From contig OX597815.1 of assembly GCA_951406725.2 (NCBI GenBank), forward strand, positions 40,920,001-40,984,000: a DNA stretch of 64,000 nt, in the 5' to 3' direction. Made by a program: the position numbers and the translations under genes. The DNA is from Octopus vulgaris (lineage: Eukaryota). Under the pieces are notes generated by a model. That model was not told where the DNA came from. It ran no database searches and was given only the letters and a program-made list of their open reading frames with translations. Below, in pieces: positions 13,542 to 26,712 of this stretch (its first letter is position 1; each line of letters starts with the position of its first letter).

Positions 13542-14332
13542 ATTTAAATGGAAAAAGTTTCCTGTTTTACTGAAAAAGGTTTCAGCAAAACGTTCAAACT
13601 TTAAATTTTTCTAAAAGAAAATTGTTTTACAGAAAATGGTTTAATAAAATGTTGAGCCTTCAAAAGTTAAAAACCAGAATTGAAAAAAAAAAACAAAAAA
13701 AAACTATAATTGGCATTTTGTTGCACTTTTTGAAATGCTCATCTCATTAGCAAAAGCATCTTATTTCCAAAAGGAGTAAATGGGGGGAATACCACCTTTT
13801 ATTAACAAATGAAGATTAACTATATCATTTCCTTTAGAAGCACAAGTAGAAGAATTTAATGGGGATTAAGGACAGAAGACATTTAATGGAATGGAGGAAA
13901 GAAGAGAAAAAGGAGTGGAGGAGGAGAGGAGAAACATGAAACAAAGGTAGTTTCAGGAAGAAGGATAATGAGTTATTCGGAGTGGAAAGATAGGAGGTGA
14001 ATGATGGAATGAAGACGAGAAAAGGAAAAGGAAAAAAAAGATAGAAAAGGAAAAAGAAGAGAGAAAGAAGTAGCATGAAAGAGAGACAGGTCTGGGAAAA
14101 AAGATAATGACCCAGATGAAGAGAAAGGATTGAAAAATGTAATGGAGGAGAGAAAAGGAAAAGAAAGAGGAGGAAGAGAAGCATTTTTTATTAAAACTAA
14201 TATTTGTTTTTTTAAAGTGAAACAAAATGCCAAATAAATTTCTTATATTTTTTTATTCTAGTTTCTAACTTTTGAAGGCTCAACATTTTATTAAAACTTT
14301 TTCTGCAAAACAGGAAATTTTTTCCATTTAAA
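13542..14332. mobile_element. Foldback/MITE-like element with long imperfect terminal inverted repeats
   Basis: tttaaatggaaaaagtttcctgtttt...ttaataaaatgttgagccttcaaaagtta and ttggcattttgtt are mirrored at 14205-14332. Confidence 0.65.
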
Positions 14333-15789
14333 CACATATATACTTCGTTTTTATATTTGGTTAGCAAGATTCTTTATGTGAATTTGTGTGTTGAAATAAA
14401 ATTTGTGTCTGGGGAGAGTTGTACTGCCTTAATATCTAACAAATTCACCAGTTTAATTTCCATTCATTTATTATATTTTTTCTTTTCCAAAATTTCATTG
14501 CTTTTGCAACTTAGTCAATGGATGTTGACTGTCCATTATCGGAGCTGCATTCCTTTTTGTCTGTTTGTGTGCATATGTGTGCATGTATACTTGTGTATGC
14601 ACATATGTATGTATGTATGCATATATGTATGTATGCACGAGTGCCTGTATGTATATATTCTGCATATTCATGTGTTTGTGTGTGCGTATTTGTGTGTACA
14701 CCTGTCTCCTTGTGTGTGTCTACATGTATGAGTTTGTGTGACTGTATGTGTGTCTGTTATGTATGGATGTGTCTCCATATGTGTCTTTGTGTATATGCAT
14801 GTGTGGAGAGTGTGTATGTGTATATGGTCATGCACTTTTGTCTCCTTTTGTGTGTGTGTGTGCATGCTTGTCTGTCTGTATTACCTATGTACCTATCTAT
14901 CTACTTGCCTATGTATCTATCTGTTTACCTATATATCCATTTACCTACCTGTATATATATATATACATTTGCCTACTTAACAGCCCACAGGCAAATGTAC
15001 CTATGCATGTATATTATGTTGGTGCTGGGGTAGAGACTGTAAACAAAAAAGTGCAGCTCCTCCACTTCTATTTATGGCCTTAACTACACAACTGTTCTCC
15101 ACAGAATTTGTTTCCTAACTTTCAGAAAAATTGGTATTTTTTTGATGAAATTTTTTACAAAAACGTTTCAGATGGTTTAGATTTCAATTACATCAAAATT
15201 TGTTGTGAAAAACATGTTCCACAAGTTGGAAGAACAGTTTTGGAAAATTCAAATGATTTGGCTTAAATGGGAGAGAAAAAAGGTTTCAACAACAAATTCT
15301 AATATAGTTGGAATCTACACCTTTAGAAGCATATTTTGAGAGAATTTTATTTAAAAATATCCATTATTCCTTTAAGTTGTGAAGAAAAATTTGGTGGGGC
15401 ACTGTTGTGTAGGTATGCCATATCTGTAAAAAACAATATGGTGAAATAGACAATACGTGGATTGCTAGTAATAGGTGCCAATACACCATGAGCTTGGCCC
15501 CAAACACACCCATTCTGTTTTCGGAAAATAAGTGCACAATTATCTGCAGAATGGTGAAATCAATTGAAATGACATGAAACTCATAATATATTATCAATTT
15601 TATTTGATATTTTCAGCAGTCAACATAGAAACAAACAAATAAATAAACTTTGCTTTTTATAAAAATATATATATATTATTCAAAGCAATAAATAAATAAA
15701 TAAAAAAATATATATATATATAAAAAATATATAAAAATATATATAAAATATATTTAAAAATATATATAAAAATTTATAAATATAAATCT

Positions 15790-16100
15790 CTTAAGGAAAC
15801 CTTCAGCAAGTCCTTATACCTCTTTTTTGGTTTATGCGGAGGTCGTTCTCCTTTAACTAACTCTCCATAAAAGAGTTGTTTTGGCATCCTAGAATCCTTC
15901 ATCCTGACCAGATGACCACTCTATCTGAGCCTTTGCTTTAACACAAGAGCTTCTATACTTTCACATCGAGAGCCTTCCAATATTTCAAGATCACTGATGC
16001 GGTCCTCCCACTTAATGCCATAGATCCCTCTGAGACACATCTGATGGAAACGTTCCAGTTGTTTAAGGTAGTATTGATATGTGACCCACGTGACCCATGT
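15790..16100 (-). mobile_element. RTE-BovB-like LINE C-terminal fragment
   Basis: TWVTYQYYLKQLERFHQMCLRGIYGIKWEDRISDLEIL...RLR*SGHLVRMKDSRMPKQLFYGEL. Confidence 0.85.
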
Positions 16101-16177
16101 ATGTATGTATATATATATATATAATAAACCTTTACATAAATAAATAACGTGAAATACACGCAGGGACAAACAAAAAA

Positions 16178-16212
<35 letters not shown>

Positions 16213-16410
16213 CATATATTCATGTATGTTATGTTATATTGTAATAATTACTGGTATCGTTATATATTAATATATTTTATATCTTATATGTAAAGCATAA
16301 TATGCTATACATGTATGTATATTCTTGTAATTGTCAGTTTAGTAAATAAATAAGTCAACATAATATAATGTCTAAAAGTTGATGAATCACTTATTGATCT
16401 CCTCCATAAC

Positions 16411-16607
16411 TCAGAAAAATATTTTCACCATTCCATGAACTATTTTCCGACATAAAGGGCAGTTGCTGAGAGCAGCTGCACATGATACACAACTGACCAA
16501 ATGGCCACATGGTAAAAATACCACATTCAAGTCTTCATCCAAACAGATTTTACAAAGCTTTTGTTCTTTAAGCATATTATTCTCTGCAATTAAATCCGCA
16601 CTTGCTG
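16411..16607 (-). CDS. IAP-1 last coding exon: RING E3 ligase domain
   Basis: ASADLIAENNMLKEQKLCKICLDEDLNVVFLPCGHLVSCVSCAAALSNCPLCRKIVHGMVKIFF*; tandem acceptor tacagcag (start 16607 or 16604). Confidence 0.96.
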
Positions 16608-19600
16608 CTGTAAAAAATTAAAAAAAACAGAAGACAAAAAATAAGTGAACTGAAACGTAATGTAAAGTAATGAGAGGATAAATGAATATATAACAGAATG
16701 GTTATGCAATTGTGAAATATAACAGAATGATAAATTCTGAATATTAAAACAGTATCAGCAGTTACACAAGAAAAATATTCCATTTCATTCACACCAATTC
16801 ACCCTAGGTTCCATGTGAACATGTTAGTTACTAATGCATGAACATTTCTCAGAGAGATTTATTAACAAAATACCTTTTCTTAAGTTGTGTTCTAAAACAT
16901 TATTATACTAATAAAAACAAATAAACAAGAAATATGTTCTGGCCCCTTCAGATTTGAGTAAATGAAAAATATTACTATCTTGGGTAGAGTTGGTCACTTT
17001 CTCCAGATGAGGATTTTAGCCCAATGCTACAAACTAACAAAGTATTTATAAATTGTATAATGTTTTCACTAATTACACTAATGACCTGTGCCTCATTTTG
17101 GCATTTATTTCAAGCTAAAGAATCTCTGTCAGTGTCAGGATATGAATTATCCATTATATAGAAGGTACATGCCATAACAATTTTCCAGAGAAGCTAACAA
17201 GGGCACTTCAAAGTGGTTGCTCAACCTGCTAAAAATAGCAGTCAAGGCTCCATCAACTCAAACCCTATCAACTCAAAAAGGAGGGGCACATTGAATAATG
17301 TAATTCTTGAAAAGAAGATGAGATGGTTATAGCTTGAACGCATTTGATCCTAGGTTTGTTTGAGCAGGGTTGACATTGGGCTAAAACAGCTGTCTCATTT
17401 GTGACTATTTAGTCTTGATGTTTTCCTGGAATATTTGCAATCATACTAATATATCAATGTCCTCTGTTTACAATTGCCAATCATGGACATGTGTAACAAA
17501 TTGAACAGGAAAAAGTAACCATATAATCTGAAATATGGATATTATTCTCAATGTGGAAGAGGCAAATATGGATATTATTCTCAATGTGGAAGAGGCAATT
17601 ATGGATTAAACACAATATACGTAGAACAACTTTGTTCAATCGTTTTTATGCTTGTTTTTCCATGCTGGCATTGGTTAGCTGAAGCTATTGCTTAAGTACT
17701 GTTTTTATGGCTAGATACCCTTCCTATTACTAACCCATAATTGTTTTTCTGAAAACCATATTCCATTTTCAATTTCTGGTTACTGGAAAGGATTACAGTG
17801 GTTTATTTTAAAACTGAAAATGATATGGTGTTGACAGTTATAAAGTTTTAAAACTAGATGTTTCCTTTCCTTGTGAGCAATGGCAATCTAGAGTCAATGT
17901 GAGACATTAGAAGAAGGATTACTTAGTAACAGCTACTTCACTGTCAGCACTTTGATAGATAAATAGAAGGATCATTTCTTAATTACTAACCATCATTTCA
18001 AAGTATGGAGAAATAGTAGAGTTATCATTTATTACTTACTAGCTGACGTTTCAGAGTAATTTTTTATTGCTGCATGGACGAGCTCCTCTTTATCATCATC
18101 ATCATCATTGAAATGAGGACTGTTCTCGATTGCAACAAGTAAATCTGATGCTTGTGAAAAACAAGATCCTTTAAAACAAAAAAAGAAAAAAAAACATGCA
18201 CAGATAAATTAGATTTTGTGTAAAATATTTAGGAAATTACAATCTAGCATTCAGTTACATTCACATTTATCCATTACTTTCCTCCTTTGTTAGACCTCTA
18301 TTTGTATTTTGGAGAAAGATTTTCAAGAAATGAAATTTTTTTTGGAGGGAAGTATAATTTAGTGATTTCATCACTAGAGTATTTATCAGAAGTTATCAAC
18401 CACATTTCATGGCCTCTCATATTTTTAGTTCAAATCAAAATAACAGGATAAAATCCCAATCATGAAAAGCAACTGCTGGTTGAACTCTGGTTCTGATAAT
18501 TATATTACACTTCTATGTATGCATGATAGTATTTTTTAGCATTATGCCTCTCATATATTTACAGAGAAGTTGCTGAAATCTTATACATGCTTTACCGTGA
18601 ACAACTTGATGGCAGGAAACCAGATTATTCAATGATGGACGGATAGTTTAGTGATTTACGATACTGACATTGAATTCTTGTATGTAAGTAATTGAATGAA
18701 TTTTCTGCTAAAAGGCAAATGCTAGATTTTTCAATGAAATATTAAGAAGAAAATTCATTTTGGTAGATTAGAATAAACTATGTGATAGGGAGTCTGAAGA
18801 AGCTACAATCTCCAAAAGTTAATGGAAGTGCATCTAGCAAAAATAGTTTGGGAAAAATTTTTATGATTTAAGGATTTCGGGAGACCTAAGAGAAGAAGCA
18901 GATAAAGAGAGAATTTAACCAAAATTATCTGATGTGATCATATAAATTTATACTTCAAAGATAACATGATGAAAGGCTAACATGAATTAAAACACTGTGA
19001 TTTGCTGTCTTCTGCATACTGTATTGAACCAACATATGTCAATACAGCAATGATTACGATGATGAATTTTGTACAAAAGCTGGATAGTTTAGTTTTGTAT
19101 AACAAAAAATTATTATATTTTAAAAAATCATAAAGTATTCTTACCTGTTTCTTTGATTTTGTTTTTCACAATTCTTTTGACTGTATTTCGTTTATAGCCC
19201 ATAGACAGAACAGCCAGAACTGTAGGTGTTTCCATATATGATAGTTTAGGTTTATGGAAAGCTGTGATGTGATGGTAAGAAAAAAAAGAATCAGTAACTT
19301 TTTCAAATTCAGTGAAGTTGATTACATATAATCGCCTGAAAATAATTGAACATCTTTGTCACTGTTGGCCCTGAGTATCTTGCACAATATCAATTATGAG
19401 AGCTTCAACGGCACATGCAGAAAGTTACTCATGCATTCTATAATTTTGTGAATGGCTAACTTATACATTCAATTGCTTTTAATTTCTTGTAATGTGCTGA
19501 TGATTGTTTCACAATTTTGTGATATTGCAGCATTTCCTGCTCTCAGTGTCAACTGGTAGTTGACATTTGCACAGCTGAGGGAAAATATTTTGCAAACTGG

Positions 19601-22600
19601 GCTGCTGATGCATCTCTATTAAATGTAACTTCCATATTGGTAGAAAGATATAGGAACATTTCCTCTCCTAACCCTAACCTTTATTATAAAAGATATTTTG
19701 ATAAGATCTTGTTAATGCTTCAATGATGCTGTCTAGTAATTATTAAAGCTTCTAGTTTGGTAGAAAGATACAGGGACATTTGCCTCTCCTCTCATTGACT
19801 TATAGATTTTTTGACAAGATCTTGTTAACTCATCAATGATACTGTATAGTAATTATTAGAGCTGCTAGTTTTTTAAAGTTTTTTATTGTCCAAATTCTTT
19901 CATTATCAAAAATCATCTACATTTCAAAGTTTTAGTTGTATTATTTTATGAGTTGTCAGCAGAGTTTAAGACTCATTTATTCCAATAAGTCCTTATTTTG
20001 ACATGAATAGATTTTCTGAAGTTGTTAAAAATAACATTTTTTTGAATGTAAGAACTGTATGAAAATGATAGTGAACAATGTACTTTTCCTTATAAATAGC
20101 AAACAATTTATCTTACCTGAAGCTAGGGCATCTGATATAGTTGTGTTATCTTCCATATTCCTAAATCCACCCATTGTGTCAGATTCAAAAGACTCTGTTT
20201 GAACTTGTAAAGTAGCATCCATCACCTTTAAGAGAAGAATGCAATGTCAACAAATTTATACGCTATTATCATCATCATCATCATAATTTTTGTGTCTTGC
20301 CTACTATTTTCGGAGTGTAATCTACTATTAATGTTAGATTTAAATGATAGGTTAATTGATTTTAATATATTTATGGGGTGATTTGATAATTTATTCACAT
20401 ATCTTGTAATTTCACCATCTTTCCTATATGGGTAATATAATTTCGAGTTTAAATTTAAAAATTAGTATCTAAAAAATTAACTACCTTCGTGTTATATTCA
20501 TAAGTAATACTTAACTTAAAGTTTTTGAAAAATTTTCTAATTCTCTTTCTCATTCTCTCTATGATTAATTTATTGTTGCTAGTGATGATGAATAAGGCAC
20601 TTAAATTGTCTATCTATTTTACCCTATCCGTAAAGGATAGATTCTAGTTTCTAATAGATTTGATAAACTAGTCTATAAATTAAAACTAAACCCACCCCCT
20701 AGTAAATCTGAATAACAAATATAATCAATGATAAGCAGTATCTTCTTTTGAAAAAATCTCAGTTACAACTGTGATATTGTTGATAAAACATGTTCTTTGT
20801 CTATCTACTTATCTTCTTCATGATTTTGGTTAAAAAGAAAATTATACAAATGAATCCTTCGAATTTAACTAAATTCTATATTTTTATGCAGCTGAAGATT
20901 GCTCTACATTTTAAATTGATGTAATGTTTGCATTGTTCAATTAAATGGAGTCACATGAAACGATCGTACTGCATTACCTCTGGATATCCTTGTTGCTTAT
21001 TTTGATTATAATCACCCCATTTTGAATTATATGGATAATAACCATACTAAACTCTGGTGCCTTTAACTTAAGTACTGTATTCATCTGAATCTAAATTTTA
21101 CTGAACTTGTTTGTTTGTTTGTTTGTTTGTTTGTTTGTTTGTATGTATGTATGTATGTATGTATGTATGTATGTATGTATGTATGTATGTATGTATGTAT
21201 GTATGTATGTATGTATGCATGCATGCATGCATGCATGTATGTATGTATGCATGCATGCATGCATGTATGCATGCATGCATGCATGCATGCATACATTTTA
21301 TGTTTCATATCTTCTGAGTTAGTAGGCCAAATAACATGTGAGTTAGCTCATCCTATCAATGGAGTGGTTGCATTTAGAGACAATCTTATTAATATTTCAG
21401 ACATTTAGAAAACTGGTGACCAATAGTATTTTTTTTTCTTCAGATTGCTTGTTCTCTAAATTCTGGTGTAACTTATGAATTGTTACTTTAACTCGTGAAA
21501 TACATGTGAGAATTAACACGCGTGGCAATACATTTCAAACAGTAAGATTAGTCTAGCAACTAATAAAGGATTTTTACTTTTTCTTTTCTGGTGTAACTTG
21601 ATTCTTTCTGTACAAAAGTACATCTTGGAAACCACCGAATATGTTCTTCCCATGGATTGTCATCCTCCTCCCAATTACATAAGCCACCATCACAGCTAAA
21701 ACAAATTACTGTATCAGCTTTTCCTGCAGACCAATAGAAAATGAAAGAGAATAATTATAACACAAGTCTGAAAGATTAAATTAGGAATTGAAAAATTCAG
21801 TATGATTATGCAAGAATTCAGAATGTAAAGAGACCTAACTACAGCCTAGTTCTCTGCTGATTCTGCCATTAACTAAAGATCAAATGTAGTATGTACTTAG
21901 CATTTTTAACAACAGAACAGTTATTGCAATTTTGTGTAAAGGACTGATGAACAAATTTAAACTTCTTAATTATTTTCTTTAAGACAATAAAACCAAAAGG
22001 AAAGTAATGGTCAACTAACAAGCTTTGTACAGATTACTAACATAGTGTTTCTCTTATTTCTCACAGAATACATCAATCTGTATCATTGACACTTTCTTTC
22101 TTTTAAATTCTTTTCAAAGCAAACTGTGTTTCTTTCTTGTTTGATGAATAAATATGGCACCAGAAAATAGAAATTCTAACAATCAAAAACACAATATTAA
22201 TAAACTCAAAGATGATTACTCTGTATCATGCTTTCTTATTTATCTTTACTATTAATGTTTTGTTAAATTTTCTAAAATTTTCTAAATAACGGGATGCTAA
22301 ACTCCCCTGTTCGAAAATATAAGGACACAGATAGTGTGTCATATAGGAGACGATGTTTCCTGGGGCTAAATAACAGTAACATTCGTCCCAACCAGGGCTG
22401 CCACAATATGTTGGCAAATAATCTTTACTTTAGAGTACTGTTAATGAATGTCTCTCGTTGAGAGATTTAGAAATAATAATGTTTCTATTTACAAAATAAA
22501 AGGTAATTTTAAATTTTCAGAGGCAAGCTAGGTGTAATGGTAAAGTTGATAATCTGATTATAAGCTCAAAATTTCTTAGTCATTATATTGGGCCCTTGAA

Positions 22601-23748
22601 AAGTAGAGTTAGGGCATATTTTCTTTGCTTACCTTAGTTTACCCAGCTGTATCTAACAATATGTAAAGAACCAATTTTCAAAACCATGCTATATATGCAG
22701 GCATGAAAATTGGAAATAATACTAAAGAGTGTAACCAAAGATATATAAATAAATATTGTATGTATTTACCATTATGAAAGAATCCAGCATCTGCTAAAGA
22801 TTCAGGTTTTTGGTTTTTATTCTTTGGCCATGAAGAAAATGTTTTAAGGCGTTCACTTAATGAGGTAAAATGTGGATGTACTGGAGAGTAAAATTTATTA
22901 CTCTGATTTGGTATTGGTACGTTACCTACCAATTTCTCACACAAGAAAGGGCAGTTCGGAGAAATTGACCTATGTTTTTCTTTAATATCATCATTAGCTT
23001 TCCAATCGTTGATTTCACATTTGCAAAAAACACAACAGGCATTATCAGTAGGCCCTTTGTAGTAGAATCCATTAGCTGCCAAATCTTTAGCTTTTAATGG
23101 GAGAGGTGTTGACAAAGCTTTGGCAAAACTTCTTAGCCGATTCAGTTCATATTTGAAATCCATTTTCATAGAAGATTCTAAATTTGGACATTTTGGACTG
23201 AAATTTCTATGTTCTTTATGGACATCATCATTTTCTTTCCAGTTGCGCAGTTGGACAGAGCAGTATGCACATTTAACAGCATCACCATAACCTAGGTAAT
23301 AAAATCCATTCTTGGCAAGACCTGTGGGTGTTACTGGTATGCTTTTGTTCCAATTTTCAAAGGAATCCAGTCTCTTTTGCATATCAAGCATTTCATTTTC
23401 ATTTGGAATAATATTTTCAGTACTAGTTGTCACTACAATCTCATTTTCTTGTTCAGTGTTTTGGACATTAAAAGCTGCAGCATTTTCAATATCTGTATCA
23501 TTATGTAAATAAACTGGACAATTGTCAACTTTATGTTCACATGAATATTTATGTTTAAAAGTGGAATCTGAAAATTCCAGTACAGATCCACAGATAAAGC
23601 ACAGTATTTTTCCTTCTGTGCTATCATAATAAAAACCATTTGCAGCAAGCTCTGTAGCTGTTAGCGTTGGATGAATATTTTCAGAGAATGTCAACAATCT
23701 TTCTATTTCATAACATAGGTCCCCTGAAGGTGTCATCAGATTTTCCAT
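16411..23748 (-). CDS. IAP-1: baculoviral IAP repeat-containing protein (BIRC2/3/7-like), 4 BIR + UBA + RING, about 558 aa; join 23748-22770, 21723-21578, 20225-20117, 19261-19145, 18168-18040, 16607-16411
   Basis: Six GT-AG exons with compatible phases (1,0,1,1,1) sum to 1677 nt with no internal stop; BIR, UBA (MGY) and C3HC4 RING motifs read directly. Confidence 0.93.
18040..18168 (-). CDS. IAP-1 coding exon 5: UBA C-part and acidic linker
   Basis: ttttaaag|GSCFSQASDLLVAIENSPHFNDDDDDKEELVHAAIKNYSETSA|gtaagt. Confidence 0.9.
19145..19261 (-). CDS. IAP-1 coding exon 4: UBA domain N-part
   Basis: catcacag|AFHKPKLSYMETPTVLAVLSMGYKRNTVKRIVKNKIKET|gtaaga; matches the cIAP-type UBA pattern MxTPxV..L.MGF/Y. 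Confidence 0.92.
20117..20225 (-). CDS. IAP-1 coding exon 3: linker
   Basis: cttctcttaaag|VMDATLQVQTESFESDTMGGFRNMEDNTTISDALAS|gtaaga; phase 0 to 1; open homologue in IAP-2. Confidence 0.85.
21107..21292. repeat. Compound tetranucleotide microsatellite (GTTT)n(GTAT)n(GCAT)n in an IAP-1 intron
   Basis: Directly visible. Confidence 0.97.
21578..21723 (-). CDS. IAP-1 coding exon 2: C-half of BIR4
   Basis: ctgcag|GKADTVICFSCDGGLCNWEEDDNPWEEHIRWFPRCTFVQKESSYTRKEK|gtaaaa. Confidence 0.95.
22770..23748 (-). CDS. IAP-1 coding exon 1: BIR1 (atypical), BIR2, BIR3, N-half of BIR4
   Basis: Four RLxT/SF...LAxxGFY/F repeats; CX2CX16HX6C intact in BIR2 and BIR3; donor G|gtaaat at 22769; upstream acceptor cttttcag at 23787 implies a non-coding 5' exon further upstream. 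Confidence 0.95.
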
Positions 23749-24789
23749 TTATTTTCTGTCAGTATTATTGATTATTAGTTATATGACTGAAAAGATGAAA
23801 ATATTAAAAAAATATATGAATTTTTTTTCTGCATGAAATTGTATAAACAACAAGATGAAAAGAGATGTATAAAGAAAATGTATAAATAATTTACAAGAAT
23901 AATCAAGTTGAAAGTATTAAGGCTTATGTGATTAAATATTTTTACTTCCTTTTCTGTTGTCCTCTTGGTGAGTTTAACCACCATTGCATCATGTTGATAC
24001 AAGTTGGTAAACAGAACAGCTTATTCCATTAATGCCTACCTTCCATTAGCTTTTCTGTCTACACACACACACATATATATAGATGTGTGTGTGTGTGTGT
24101 GTGTGTGTGTATTTATGAGAGAGAGAGAGAAAGAAGATAGATATAGATATAGATATGGGGTTAGTCTGGGTTTCACATCCATAAAGCATTTAGCTTTACA
24201 AAGTTTCTTCGGACCCTAAACTTGTAGGCCTATGGCCCCCCTAGCAAGTGAACTCCAGCAAATGGCTTCTGTAGAAAATGGAGGAGGAAAAGACTTCACT
24301 AGTCAAAAATCAGAGGATTGTCTTTGGTCGACCATTCCTCTGTTAGCGCGTGTACCCCAGGACACTAGCAGGAATTTCCTGAAGCGTAAGCAGGATCCAA
24401 AGACCTCCGTCTTGGAGTTAAGGATGTTTCCCAGGTTGAGGAAGTCCTTTAATTTCGTCATCCATTTGGCTATGCACATTTTAACACCTATGATGATGAC
24501 CATAACATCAACAACAACACCACCACTGATGATGTCCTCTATGCCAGCATTCATAGCACAGGTGCCAGCACCAACACCAGCTTCAACGACCCAACACCAG
24601 CTTCAACGACCCAACACCACCACCAACAATGGCAGTAGCAGCATTGCCAACACCTGCACACAGAGATGCATTGAATGTTCTGGTAACATGTTCTAGCAGT
24701 GCCTCTCCAATGACAGATCCTCTTCAGGATTCTGGAAAAGAAATATGCTACATCCTTAGCTAGCCAAGACAAAACTCCACACATAATAT

Positions 24790-25255
24790 CATCCCATGTC
24801 TTCCTGGGTCTACCTCTTCCACAGGTTCCCTCAACCGCTTCAGTGTGGCACTTTTTTACACATCTATTCTCATCCATTCTTGCCACATGACCATACCTGT
24901 GCAGTCGTCTCTCTTGCACACCACATCTGATGCTTCTTAGGTCCAACATTTCTCTCAAGGTACTTACACTCCGTTGTGTATGCACACTGACATTACACAT
25001 CCATCAGAGCATACTGGCTTCATTCCTTGCAAGCTTACGCATGTCCACAACAGTCAAGGCCCATGTTTCACTGTCATGTAGCATGACTGTTTGTACACAT
25101 GCGTCATACAGTCTACCTTTTACTCTGAGTGAAAGGCCCTTTGTCACCAGCAGAGATAAGAGCTCTCTGAACTTTGCCCAGGCTATTCTTATTCTAGCAG
25201 CTACACATTCAGCACACCCTCCCCCACTACTGACTTGGAAGCTATCAACTACTTT
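24790..25255 (-). mobile_element. RTE-clade LINE C-terminal fragment (related to 3181-5200)
   Basis: AWAKFRELLSLLVTKGLSLRVKGRLYDACV...SETWAL, YGHVARMDENR, GRGRPRKTWD. Confidence 0.9.
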
Positions 25256-25692
25256 TATATGTATATATATATACATATATAACACCAAGAAAGTTAGGGG
25301 TTGTGGATCCAACCCACTAAGGGATAATTCTTATCCAATATACTGTTGGTATAATACCCAATTATTAATACACAAGTGTTTTTAAATGCAATAAACTTAC
25401 TTATTGTATTAAATGGGTGAAGGTAAAGAAATATTTTACCATTAATTTATAATATAAATAAGAAAATGGAGAAGCACGTTAGTTGGTTCATCAACTTTAG
25501 AACATTAAAATGTTAACTTATTTATTTATGAAAACGACAACCATAATAACATACATACATAGAGTATATTATTCAATGCATATAAGATAAAAATACAAGC
25601 AGTTATTAAAAAACATGAATATAAATTATTAAATCCCTTACATCTGTTTCAGCCTATAGATAATAGCAACTCAATGTTCCTATATTAGTCAA

Positions 25693-25737
<45 letters not shown>

Positions 25738-26621
25738 AACATATATATATACATATATACATGTACATATATATATAGATAGACATAATTATACATACAT
25801 ACAAGTATATAGACAATTAATTATATATACTGGAACATACATATACATCCATATCCATGAGTACACATATAATATTTAATTATTACTAATATTATTATTA
25901 TTGTTATTATTATTATTATTATCATCATCATTATTATGTGTATTCTTCTATTCACAATACATAGTGTAAGAAATTTAAATATAGAATTTACTATAATATA
26001 TAAACAGATGTTTATGAAAGATGTAAGCTTATTAATTTTATAATCACAGTTAATATATTCATATATCATACAGTTAATATATAGTTATTTCATTATGATT
26101 TTATTCACACAAATATGCAACCGAAGAGTTTAAAGTGCCAGTAACAATAAGGCTGCTGACTGGGAGAACACAAACATGGTTTAAATAGGAAGCTTGGCAG
26201 GAAAAAAATGTGCCTTTAAGCAGTACAAAAACGACAAAAAATGGCAGGTGCAGTTACAGGTTGTACAGGTTGACAGAAGAAAAGCAGAACAAAAGTGATG
26301 CATACAAATGGGTTAGCTGGAGGTAAATCTAGATGGGCGGATTATATATATTTATATATATTTGTGTGTACAAATGCACGTTCCCACGGCTTTATTGATT
26401 GCATTCTCTGGGAAAAATTCAATTTAGTATTAAATCAAATTTCACAGTATAAATATATATAATATAAATTGGAGATAAAACCACTATTATGCAACTCAAA
26501 CAGTGATAAACATAAACCAATACATAAATAGCAAATAATATATATTTTTATAAAACATATAACTTATAACTAGATCTCAAAAAGTATAAAATGAATGATC
26601 AATATATAATATAATAAGTAA

Positions 26622-26712
26622 AAACACTATGTACGTTTCATGGCTACAATTAAGTTTAAATTTAATTGAAATAAATTCGATTTAAAATTATAGTCAATCT
26701 TCAGGTTAATGA
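26622..26712 (-). ncRNA. Degenerate hammerhead-ribozyme-like motif in an AT-rich (probably Penelope-derived) repeat
   Basis: CUGAAGA (26704-26698), long stem II (UGACUAUAAUU/AAUUGUAGCCA), GAAAC-GUAC-AUA; stem I weak. Confidence 0.5.

Noticed and set aside
19411-19654. Highly conserved intronic block as a hidden IAP exon
   Set aside because: Candidate acceptors give stops in the required phase, and other introns are similarly conserved between copies.
22678-22769. Hydrophobic C-terminal tail of the 356-aa ORF (looks like a transmembrane anchor)
   Set aside because: Read-through into the intron past the G|gtaaat donor; BIR4 is completed by the next exon.
24232-24696. 154-aa Thr/Pro-rich ORF
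   Set aside because: Low complexity, no domain motif, adjoins an RTE fragment; no splice evidence.
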